Shown here in pieces: positions 28,593 through 36,318 of a DNA stretch of 36,318 nt (its first letter is position 1; every line of letters starts with the position of its first letter). A program made the translations under genes and the position numbers. The stretch is from positions 1-36,318 of IMG/VR virus record IMGVR_UViG_3300032301_000209. The stretch is one strand, 5' to 3'. This DNA comes from a virus (Duplodnaviria > Caudoviricetes). The notes beneath the pieces were generated by a model that was not told where the DNA came from, did not search any database, and worked only from the letters and a program-made list of their open reading frames with translations.

Positions 28593-29546
28593 TTATTTTT
28601 GCACAGTAAATGAAGGCTCTTGCTGTTGCTCTTGTACCATACCAAACTGAGTAACCTGTGTCTCACGAATAGATATACCACAATACTCAAGTATCTTAGT
28701 CACCAACTTATACTCGTCTTCAATAGGTAGTTCAAAGTCTTGATAATCAGGTTGTGATTGGTCAAATACCGGCTCACCATTAGAAAGCGTAATATAGGTC
28801 CACTTTGGCACTTTAGGGTACCTAAAATACGTTGCTTGAACCTGACCTTTGTTACTTATTGTTGCAGGGTAAAAAGTCAATTGGTCGCCTTCTAATGCGT
28901 AAATAGGAAACTCATTAGTTGGATTAGTCAAATTAGAATTAAGCAACATTGTAAGTCTTGAGTTAAGAACTTTCTCTGCAGGTATAACAGTAGCGGAAGA
29001 TACTATAGCATATCCATTTCCTGCCGCTAAAAATATATTTGAATCCAATAGAATATTTGTATTATTAACTACCGAAACCACAGTAGAGACTAATCCCGTA
29101 GTTAAATTTGTAACAACATCTCCTGCAGAAATACCATTAGATAAAAAAGTTGCTGTACTATCAACCAATCTTAAACTTACTACAGATGTGTTTGTTCCTG
29201 TCTTAAGTACAACAGGCTTACATTTTACATCTAAAAGCATATAAGTATAATAGCCTGTAGTCGCAGGGCTTGGCATAGAAAATCTATTAGCCGCAATCTT
29301 AGAAAGATAGTCTGTACGTAAAAAATATTCTAATACTTCTGCAATTGGTTGCTCCATATCTGCATATTCTGTACCTGATACACGTGCATTTTCAGCATTT
29401 ATAACTTTGTTATAGTTACCAAAGTACTCCTCATATATTTCCATCTGTGAGTTTTGAGCATACAAATTGAAATCAGAAGGAGAAATATAGCCGTAATTAT
29501 TCTTGTTCAGAATAGATAATACTGCATTTCTTACTGAGTTTATCAT
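28593..29546 (-). CDS. putative head-tail adaptor/ring protein (317 aa)
   Basis: VL.ILNKNNYGYISP.DFNL.A..Q, YFRYP..PKW, DFELP....LV.KIL.Y.G motifs; synteny. Confidence 0.65.
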   Translation of the reverse strand: MINSVRNAVLSILNKNNYGYISPSDFNLYAQNSQMEIYEEYFGNYNKVINAENARVSGTEYADMEQPIAEVLEYFLRTDYLSKIAANRFSMPSPATTGYYTYMLLDVKCKPVVLKTGTNTSVVSLRLVDSTATFLSNGISAGDVVTNLTTGLVSTVVSVVNNTNILLDSNIFLAAGNGYAIVSSATVIPAEKVLNSRLTMLLNSNLTNPTNEFPIYALEGDQLTFYPATISNKGQVQATYFRYPKVPKWTYITLSNGEPVFDQSQPDYQDFELPIEDEYKLVTKILEYCGISIRETQVTQFGMVQEQQQEPSFTVQK

Positions 29547-29560
29547 TACTTCTTTTTTTA

Positions 29561-29568
29561 CAAATATA
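29561..29568 (-). promoter_or_regulatory. Bacteroidota -7 promoter element (TAnnTTTG)
   Basis: Minus strand TATATTTG just after a terminator and 14 nt before ATG 29546. Confidence 0.65.
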
Positions 29569-29571
29569 CAT

Positions 29572-29603
29572 AAAAAAAAAGAGGGTACAATAAGTACCCT
29601 CTT
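29572..29603 (-). terminator. rho-independent terminator
   Basis: Minus strand GAGGGTAC-TTATT-GTACCCTC followed by T9. Confidence 0.88.
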
Positions 29604-29631
29604 CTAACCAATAATCAATAATCAAAACCTA

Positions 29632-30375
29632 TTATGCCAAAGTCGCTTCTAACATTTTTAAGGAGTCAATACCTTCATCGCTTTGTAAGAAGTGGGCTAC
29701 CATCTCATAAGGGTCTTCTCCGAATGGAACAGATAACATCTTCTTTTTGTTGGTAGATGTATTAAACCATACCTCTTTTTCGCCATTTCTTAATACCAAT
29801 AGCTTATTTTCAAAGAATAAACGAACCTTAGCTTGAAACTTCAATTCAGGGTCATTTAATATATTTAAGAACTCTTTTGGGTCTCTTTTAGCAAATACCA
29901 AGATGTCACGCTTTAATTCAGCAGTAGACACGGTAGATGGGTCTTTTCCAAACATAACCCTTGTTAAGGTTTCAATTTGGTCAAGTGATAACTGACGAGC
30001 TTCAATTAAAGCCTCAACTTCTAAGTTTAAGTCTTCTACCTCAGCAGCAGCATCTTTTTCTTTATCTACCTCAACAAATATGTTGCCATTCAGTGGATGG
30101 TAGTGTAAGAATTGTTGTAATACAGGGTTTGTTCTTGGAACTCTTAAGAAGCCATCTTCAAAGATAATTGGCTCTATAATTGCATTTCCATCTTGTTCGT
30201 CCTCGAATGGGGACTGTTGATTCGTTGAATACCTCAATGAACGATTAACATTGTTTTTCTCATCAAACCACATTAGTGGGAATCGAGGGTGGTTTCTTGA
30301 CGCTAATGTATATGATAGCGGATTTCCTATTTTTAACTTGTAGACTTTGTCCACAGGTGTTGTACCTTTTGCCAT
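29632..30375 (-). CDS. conserved protein downstream of major capsid gene (247 aa)
   Basis: Own terminator-bounded unit; IIFEDG.L.V, LQ.FL..HP motifs; function unknown. Confidence 0.7.
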   Translation of the reverse strand: MAKGTTPVDKVYKLKIGNPLSYTLASRNHPRFPLMWFDEKNNVNRSLRYSTNQQSPFEDEQDGNAIIEPIIFEDGFLRVPRTNPVLQQFLHYHPLNGNIFVEVDKEKDAAAEVEDLNLEVEALIEARQLSLDQIETLTRVMFGKDPSTVSTAELKRDILVFAKRDPKEFLNILNDPELKFQAKVRLFFENKLLVLRNGEKEVWFNTSTNKKKMLSVPFGEDPYEMVAHFLQSDEGIDSLKMLEATLA

Positions 30376-30399
30376 TTTGTATTTAATTTAATTAGATTT

Positions 30400-30433
30400 A
30401 AAAAAGGGAGAGTGTCTTTAAAGACACCCTCCC
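30400..30433 (-). terminator. rho-independent terminator after the major capsid gene
   Basis: Minus strand GGGAGGGTGTCTTTAAAGACACTCTCCC followed by T6. Confidence 0.8.
30412..30427. repeat. 16-bp palindromic element, copy 4 (GTGTCTTTAAAGACAC, perfect)
   Basis: Forms the upper part of the post-capsid terminator hairpin; identical to copy 3. Confidence 0.9.
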
Positions 30434-30450
30434 GATATATTTACTACCTA

Positions 30451-31869
30451 CTATCCATAACGGAATAATACGAAGTTGTTTGCACCCAAAGTACATACAC
30501 AACGCTCAGATAAGAAGTTTACCTCCATTGCATCCAAGTCGCTTGTGGCAGCACCACCGGCAGAACCTGTAATCCAAGTCTTGTATCTTCTATCTTCTGC
30601 TTCAGAAGCACGGTATCTTACGTGTAAGAAAGGACGCTTAGCGTTCTTACCCATAATTTGGTCGTACACTGAAGTAGAACCTGCAGGAACCATCAAACCT
30701 GTGATAGTACCTGTTGCAGTTGCAGCAGTTTGGTTTAAACCACCACGCATTGTTGGGTCGTTTAGGTATTTCCAATCAGACTTGTAGAAATCGTAACCTC
30801 TACGGAATCCTGTGAAACCTAAGTTTAACGCCATATCAATATCGTTATCGAAAAGACCGAATGAAGCTGATTGAGCAACACCACCTGAAGTGTAGCCGTT
30901 CAATGTAGCTAACATATTGTCAATATCGAAACTCAATCCACGATTTACGAATACTACGTTCTCTTCGATAGCACCTTGCTTATCTAAACGAGAAACGATA
31001 GAATCCCAATCAGATAAAGTTGTTGGAGTACCACCACCCCATACGTTACCACGATTGTTTACTACGTAGAAAATACCCTCAGAACCAATAAAACCTGCAG
31101 TTGCTGCACCTGAAGATGCTGCAGCAGGAACTGCTTCAATCATTGAAGTCTCTAAGTAATCTTCAAAACGTAAACGAGTTTCGTGCTCTGATTTCAAATA
31201 CCACAAGTAACCTGTAGCACCGTTCTCAGTAGTCACTTCAACCCAACCGATTTGAGCCATATCAGAACCGTTAACCGCATACTTATCTTTGATGATAATA
31301 GGGTTGTTAGAGAAGATGTTATCTTCTGCTTCTAATGAACCAACCATTCCGTTTGTTCCTTTCTTGAACTCAGAACCATAAATGAATACAGTACATTGAG
31401 TAGAAACTGCGAATGCTTGACCTGCAGTCTCATAGTAAGCTACTGTGAAAGTAGTTGCTGAAGGAACTGCTGTTACGATAGCCTTGTTGAAAACACCTGA
31501 TGCATTGTTCTGAATCATAACTGTTTGTCCAACACGGATAGCGATATAAGTTACACCACTATCAGCTACAGTAAAAGTTGCGGTTGCCGCACCTGCTGCT
31601 GCTGCTGAAGTAATATTAGTGTACTTAATGTGTAAACGTCCTTGTTCTGCCCATTTAACTTGGTCTGAATTAGACGGCATCTCTGCTCCTACCATACGTA
31701 AGAAAGATGCAATTGTTCTATTACCATAACGCTCAAATTCCTTCTCATAAGTATCAGGAAGATACTGATTCAAGAAGTTGAAGTTGGTAATGTAGTTAGT
31801 TTGTAAGGCTACCTGTTCTGCTGCGGGTTGCAGCGCAAAGGTAGGGTTACTTAATAATGCACTTGCCAT
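30451..31869 (-). CDS. major capsid protein
   Basis: Follows portal and acidic scaffold; W.EQGRLH, GSEF.KG, G.EG.F motifs; strong codon bias; terminator downstream. Confidence 0.85.
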   Translation of the reverse strand: MASALLSNPTFALQPAAEQVALQTNYITNFNFLNQYLPDTYEKEFERYGNRTIASFLRMVGAEMPSNSDQVKWAEQGRLHIKYTNITSAAAAGAATATFTVADSGVTYIAIRVGQTVMIQNNASGVFNKAIVTAVPSATTFTVAYYETAGQAFAVSTQCTVFIYGSEFKKGTNGMVGSLEAEDNIFSNNPIIIKDKYAVNGSDMAQIGWVEVTTENGATGYLWYLKSEHETRLRFEDYLETSMIEAVPAAASSGAATAGFIGSEGIFYVVNNRGNVWGGGTPTTLSDWDSIVSRLDKQGAIEENVVFVNRGLSFDIDNMLATLNGYTSGGVAQSASFGLFDNDIDMALNLGFTGFRRGYDFYKSDWKYLNDPTMRGGLNQTAATATGTITGLMVPAGSTSVYDQIMGKNAKRPFLHVRYRASEAEDRRYKTWITGSAGGAATSDLDAMEVNFLSERCVCTLGANNFVLFRYG

Positions 31870-31887
31870 TTTAATTAATTTTAATGT

Positions 31888-32967
31888 TTATATTTTTTTT
31901 ATGCTGCGAATTTTCAGGTTTCGTCCTGAATCAGGGTTTATCGCTTTCACCTGCATTCCATCTGTAGCCTTTCCTACTTCAGGAGCTTTACGCTCAGACA
32001 TATTGATGTTCTTGATTTTACGAGTAACATCATCTGTGGCGTCAGCTAATCCTTGTTCGTAGAAATACTTAGCAAACTTGTCAGGATGCATTGCTATTGC
32101 CAAAGACCTATGATAACCTGATGCGTCTTTCATCAAACCTTGCTCATCTAAAAACTTGTTAATAAAGTTTTGTGGTGTTGCTTGGTTCTTTTTTAACTCA
32201 TTGGCGTCTCCCGGAGCAAACGTGAACTTTTTGTCATTAACACTGAACTCAAAACCTTTGAACTCTCCGTTAAAAACTTCGTTCGTCTTTTGGTCAAACC
32301 ATTGACGCTTACGATTGTTCTCCTCTTCTATGGTCTTTGCCTGTTGGGTATATTGCTTATAGCTTTCGTACACTTCTTTTTCTGCATCCGGAACAAATCC
32401 CATTCTTGACTCAAGCGGCATTTTATATTGTTCTTTTTGCGAATTAAAGTATTTCTTGGCTTCAGCAAGAACTTTCTTTTTTGCGATTTTTGCCTTTTTA
32501 ACGGTTGACTCATCGTCTAACTCTACGTCAAACTTATACTCATCCATTAACGTCTCAATGTCATCACTATCAAGACCTTCCTGTGTGGAAGCAAGGTATT
32601 CTTTAAGAAGTTGGTCAGGGTCCATTGTTTCAAAGTCCTTTCCTAATTTTACAAAGTCTTCAAAACCACGTCCTGTCTCCTTTTTATATTTCATAAAAGC
32701 AGCTACATCTTCAGGTAATTGCTCAGCTTCTTTACGCTCAGCCACTAAATCATCTAATGAATTAATCTGCTTGTTATATCTTTTACCAATATATGAAAGA
32801 ACATCTTCGTCTTTTAATTCAACCTCATTTGCTTGTGGCTCCGGTTCATTTATTTCTTGCTCCGGTTCTTGATTTAACGACTCTTCGTGTTTCTCAAGTA
32901 ATTGTTGCTCCACTTCTTGAACACTCTTAGGTTCAATTACGTCTAACGCTCTAACTTTTAATTCCAT
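31888..32967 (-). CDS. putative capsid scaffolding protein
   Basis: Highly acidic, helical, basic C-terminal tip; between portal and capsid genes. Confidence 0.7.
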   Translation of the reverse strand: MELKVRALDVIEPKSVQEVEQQLLEKHEESLNQEPEQEINEPEPQANEVELKDEDVLSYIGKRYNKQINSLDDLVAERKEAEQLPEDVAAFMKYKKETGRGFEDFVKLGKDFETMDPDQLLKEYLASTQEGLDSDDIETLMDEYKFDVELDDESTVKKAKIAKKKVLAEAKKYFNSQKEQYKMPLESRMGFVPDAEKEVYESYKQYTQQAKTIEEENNRKRQWFDQKTNEVFNGEFKGFEFSVNDKKFTFAPGDANELKKNQATPQNFINKFLDEQGLMKDASGYHRSLAIAMHPDKFAKYFYEQGLADATDDVTRKIKNINMSERKAPEVGKATDGMQVKAINPDSGRNLKIRSIKKI

Positions 32968-32987
32968 TTGATTTGATTTAATTTATA

Positions 32988-32995
32988 CAAAAATA
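32988..32995 (-). promoter_or_regulatory. Bacteroidota -7 promoter element (TAnnTTTG)
   Basis: Minus strand TATTTTTG 20 nt before the scaffold ATG, followed by TAAATCAAATCAA leader. Confidence 0.6.
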
Positions 32996-33013
32996 GATAA
33001 AAATTTCGACATT

Positions 33014-35449
33014 TTATCGAGGTTCAAATTCTGCTAAGTCAAATCCATCTAAGCTATCTTCATTTGATTCAAAACTCATAGGAGGAAGATTGTTCTTTCT
33101 TTGATTAATTAACTTAGATTGCTCGCTATTTTGTTGACTAATTCTTTGCGCTTTTAAATCTTCTTTCATCTTATCTCTATCAGTAATTTCTTTTGCTTCA
33201 ATACCCTTAAGTTGCATATTGTAGTCAAACTCTTCTCTCATTAACTGAGATTTTAATTTAGCCTCAGCTTCATTTCTTTGAATTTCAAAGGCAACTTCAG
33301 CTTGTTTAATCTGCATCTTAGACCTTGTCTCCATTTCAATTTTCTGCATTGCAACTTGACCCGCTAATTCTTGAGACTTCAATTGCTGTTGAGAAATCAT
33401 TGCTTGCTGTTGCATTTGCATTTTCTCTTTTTGCTCTTGAGTCTTAATACGTTTCATCTTTAATAACTGATTAGCTAACTTAAGATTACGAATCTCACGA
33501 ATGTCAATTGCATCTTCAAGGTTAATATCACCTTTAGATAATGCCATTTGAATATTGGCTTCAAGCTGTGCTTTTTGCTCTTCATCAGGAGAAATCTCAA
33601 TAAATATGCCAAAGTCATAGATATAAAGCTCCTTAATATCATTTAAGATAGATACATTATACTTTCCAATTTGATTAGCAAACTCTTCTTTAAAGTCAGA
33701 ATATTGAAGAATGTCACCTACTCTATAGGTTAATGCCTCAGCTAATGAACGATAAATGTACAAAGAACCATCAAGGATGTGTCTTGTCGCTGTATTTGAA
33801 TTTAATGCAGCCAATTTCTGTAAGCCAACCAATGAGTTAGGGTCAGGATTTGAACCATCTCTTGCCTCGTTAAGACCGGTCACAGACCTAATCATATCGA
33901 TATAATGATTCATATTAGTAATAAGCATTTGCGTTTTAGCCGCACCTGAGCTTGAGTTAAGCTGAGTAATAGGCACTCTTGCATTATTAAACTCACCATC
34001 TTGAGTATAGCTTCTACCAATCACGCTACCTGTTTGGAAGTATAATCTTAAAGCATCCTCAGGATTATATGCGTTACCCGTTCCTAAGTCAATCTCGTTC
34101 AAACCATCAGCATCAATGAAGACACCATCAGGTACAGTACGAGCAATAACTTGTTGTAATTTTAAATGCGTGATTTGAATCAAATCAGCAAATGGTATCA
34201 TTCTTCTACATAATGACTCAATAACACCCTTATACATACGAGGTGCACAAGCAACGTAATTTGGTAAAGCGTGTTGAGAAGCTGACTTAGGACGAACCAT
34301 ATTCTCAGACATCTTCCACTGCAATAAGATATTGGTACCCATTACCATAATACCTTCATACCAAACATCGATAGTCTTTTCTATCTTTTCAAAGTTACCT
34401 TCCTCCATCATTTCAGTAGGAGGATTAAAGGTTTCATCTTTTTCAATAACACGAGAACCACCACCTTCAAGTCTTTTCTTCTTATAAACCACCTTCTTAG
34501 ATGTTTTATAGTTAAAGTACATTAAAGTACAAGTGTCTCTATTAAATAAACTATTCTCATAAAACTGAGCTACATTATAATAATCATACCAAGATTGACT
34601 ATATTGAGTTATTTCTTGTAAATCTTCTTTTGTAAGACTTTGGTCAATCTTCATTAACTCCATAATAGGAAGAGTCTTAATCTCTCCCCAATAGAAACAA
34701 TCTTTAAAGAATGGGTCTTCAGTATAACTATAGACAATGTTAGCAGGGTCAACATATGAAATCTGAACACCTGTTCCTTGTAAAAATTCGTGTTTAGCAA
34801 CGCCAATACCTACGACAGCAATGTCATAGTCTATTCTTTTTCTAATATCGTCATAGTGATTTTCATCAAATATGGTATTGATTGCTTCTTCTTCTGCAAT
34901 TTCAATAGCAGGCTTATACTTAAGCTGCATATACAATGATAATTCTTCGTCAGTTTCAGGAAGCTCCTCAGGGTCCATCATAAAAGCATCAACGCCTGTC
35001 TTATCTTTAATGGTTTCTAATATATCTTTTGAAACCATTTGAGCCTCAATCATATCTTGATACTTGCTTCTTTTAGCTTGAGACATTGCATCTTGTGCAT
35101 AAGTCTTAACCTTAAAAAGTCTATCAGACATACCATTTACAACAATGTCAATAAATTTAGGAAGGATAGGAACGGGTGTCCAATCTAAGTTTAAATAAGA
35201 TAAGTCACCATCAATAGCAATTTCATTTTTATATTTTGCAATAGACTGTTCTCCACGTGCATATAATCGTAATCTGCGGAAATCTCTCCATTGGCTGTAG
35301 TATCTACAGGCGTTTCCATCTTTACGAAACCATTCATATTGGATGGCCTGACCCACTTGTAAACCAAATGAGTCAGATGCCTTTTCTGCGTCAGTAGCTA
35401 ACTGACTTGGAAAAGACACACTATTTATTTCGATTGCTACATTTTTCAT
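33014..35449 (-). CDS. portal protein (811 aa)
   Basis: Directly after TerL with ATGA overlap; P.LPKF.DI.V.G, YVDP.N, VTGLNEARDG motifs; long Gln-rich C-terminal coiled coil like podovirus portal barrels. Confidence 0.85.
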   Translation of the reverse strand: MKNVAIEINSVSFPSQLATDAEKASDSFGLQVGQAIQYEWFRKDGNACRYYSQWRDFRRLRLYARGEQSIAKYKNEIAIDGDLSYLNLDWTPVPILPKFIDIVVNGMSDRLFKVKTYAQDAMSQAKRSKYQDMIEAQMVSKDILETIKDKTGVDAFMMDPEELPETDEELSLYMQLKYKPAIEIAEEEAINTIFDENHYDDIRKRIDYDIAVVGIGVAKHEFLQGTGVQISYVDPANIVYSYTEDPFFKDCFYWGEIKTLPIMELMKIDQSLTKEDLQEITQYSQSWYDYYNVAQFYENSLFNRDTCTLMYFNYKTSKKVVYKKKRLEGGGSRVIEKDETFNPPTEMMEEGNFEKIEKTIDVWYEGIMVMGTNILLQWKMSENMVRPKSASQHALPNYVACAPRMYKGVIESLCRRMIPFADLIQITHLKLQQVIARTVPDGVFIDADGLNEIDLGTGNAYNPEDALRLYFQTGSVIGRSYTQDGEFNNARVPITQLNSSSGAAKTQMLITNMNHYIDMIRSVTGLNEARDGSNPDPNSLVGLQKLAALNSNTATRHILDGSLYIYRSLAEALTYRVGDILQYSDFKEEFANQIGKYNVSILNDIKELYIYDFGIFIEISPDEEQKAQLEANIQMALSKGDINLEDAIDIREIRNLKLANQLLKMKRIKTQEQKEKMQMQQQAMISQQQLKSQELAGQVAMQKIEMETRSKMQIKQAEVAFEIQRNEAEAKLKSQLMREEFDYNMQLKGIEAKEITDRDKMKEDLKAQRISQQNSEQSKLINQRKNNLPPMSFESNEDSLDGFDLAEFEPR

Positions 35450-36318
35450 CTAATCAATTGACTTGTTTTTCCTTCATTGCTATATTTAGCGAAGTTAATA
35501 ATTAATTTCGATTCTTTTTTCTCAGGCACGTACAAATGCTTCTGATTGGCCATTATACATAATCCGGAGCTAATAGAGGCGTCAAATTTTGTTCTATCGT
35601 TTATGTCAAACTTTGCCCAATCCTCAAGTGTTCTTGTGAATGGCATTGTTCCCATTTCCTCAGGGTCTCTGTATTTTGCTTCTAAATCCAACCCAACAAA
35701 CTTCTCTATATACGACTCGATGGCAGAAGCGTGTGCTTGCTTAACATCTTCTGAAGAGTTTGGAATACCTCCTAACTCACGCTCAGTCTTAGTTAATTTA
35801 GCCATTTGCTTATCCGGTCTATTAATAGAGAAGCCTCTATATCCCCTATTTTTAATATGGTATAATAGCCTTGGTTTATTATTCTCCACTAAGATAGGCA
35901 TTCCGTAGAATATACAAGCCATTAAGACTTCTTCAAAGAATATCTCTGCCGTCTGTGGACGAGCAACATATTCTAAGAAAAACTCATTAACAGGCGCATC
36001 GTCCATATGAAACTTAGTCATACCGTGTAGTGCACCATTAGAACCACGTCCACCTACTACGGCTGATATGTCATAAGAGTCACAGCCAAATGAACCAAGG
36101 TGCTCATTACCGGGATATTTAATCCCATTACGCAAGTGCACATTATTCTGCATATGCTTAGGTGGTGCCCAACTAATAAGGAACCTACCACGAGTATCGG
36201 GTGTCCATATTACTTCAGTATCTCTTATGCCATCTCTCCAAGAGAAAGACCCACGAGTTAGATAATGCTCTTTAATCATTGAGTCATTATAGTCAATCTG
36301 CTGATATAACTTAGTTAA
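35446..36318 (-). CDS. terL: terminase large subunit, C-terminal nuclease part (5' truncated by the window)
   Basis: Frame is open to the window edge (LTKLYQQIDYNDSM...); GCDSYD, EY.ARP, LVENNK and final FDASISSG acidic motif of the RNase H-like domain. Confidence 0.88.
   Translation of the reverse strand, partial: LTKLYQQIDYNDSMIKEHYLTRGSFSWRDGIRDTEVIWTPDTRGRFLISWAPPKHMQNNVHLRNGIKYPGNEHLGSFGCDSYDISAVVGGRGSNGALHGMTKFHMDDAPVNEFFLEYVARPQTAEIFFEEVLMACIFYGMPILVENNKPRLLYHIKNRGYRGFSINRPDKQMAKLTKTERELGGIPNSSEDVKQAHASAIESYIEKFVGLDLEAKYRDPEEMGTMPFTRTLEDWAKFDINDRTKFDASISSGLCIMANQKHLYVPEKKESKLIINFAKYSNEGKTSQLIR

Noticed and set aside
2103-30427. CRISPR repeats, or att sites of an integrated element, as the explanation for the 16-bp palindrome
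   Set aside because: Copies are kilobases apart without spacers, no cas or integrase gene is seen, and the genes containing them are uninterrupted.
10997-35908. Short + strand ORFs in the virion block (e.g. 11188, 13585, 30476, 32456, 35546) and nested ORF 32328-32513
   Set aside because: Antisense or off-frame shadows of long genes, with no motifs or leaders.
36277-36279. ATG at 36279 as the TerL start
   Set aside because: The frame remains open to the window edge and the ATPase domain is missing, so the gene starts outside the window.
87-36318. Genome-wide stop codon reassignment
   Set aside because: Long genes are intact under the standard code and TAA, TAG and TGA all end genes at sensible boundaries; only one suspicious TGA was found.
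1-36318. tRNA, rRNA, intron or intein
   Set aside because: Intergenic gaps are short and AT-rich with no cloverleaf seen; primase, helicase and TerL motifs are contiguous without intein or homing endonuclease signatures.

Overview
Fragment of a double-stranded DNA tailed phage genome, most likely a podovirus infecting Bacteroidota. The host inference rests on repeated TAnnTTTG promoter elements and A-rich leaders without Shine-Dalgarno sites. Two convergent gene blocks meet at 10875-10878. The + strand block (87-10878) covers replication, recombination and accessory functions: two DnaA-domain-IV-like HTH proteins, Sak/Rad52-like annealase, PD-(D/E)XK exonuclease, SSB-like protein, AEP primase-SF3 helicase, SNF2-like helicase, metallophosphoesterase, GNAT, VRR-NUC and another nuclease. 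The - strand block (36318-10875) is a virion module in crAss-like gene order: partial TerL, portal, scaffold, major capsid, two ring/adaptor proteins, nozzle, GNAT and three putative ejection proteins including a 2620-aa giant. No DNA polymerase, RNA polymerase, integrase, tRNA or CRISPR array was recognised. Most notable unexplained signals: (1) a 16-bp palindrome GTGTCTTYRAAGACAC in four dispersed copies, two inside coding sequence; (2) an apparently split nozzle gene interrupted by a Cys-rich cassette with a duplicated 106-aa domain; (3) an in-frame TGA whose read-through restores ATGA coupling to the next gene; (4) apparent absence of GATC, CATG and CCAG/CTGG; (5) a zincin-like HDxxGH domain in the giant protein. 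All family assignments come from motif recognition by eye, not database searches.
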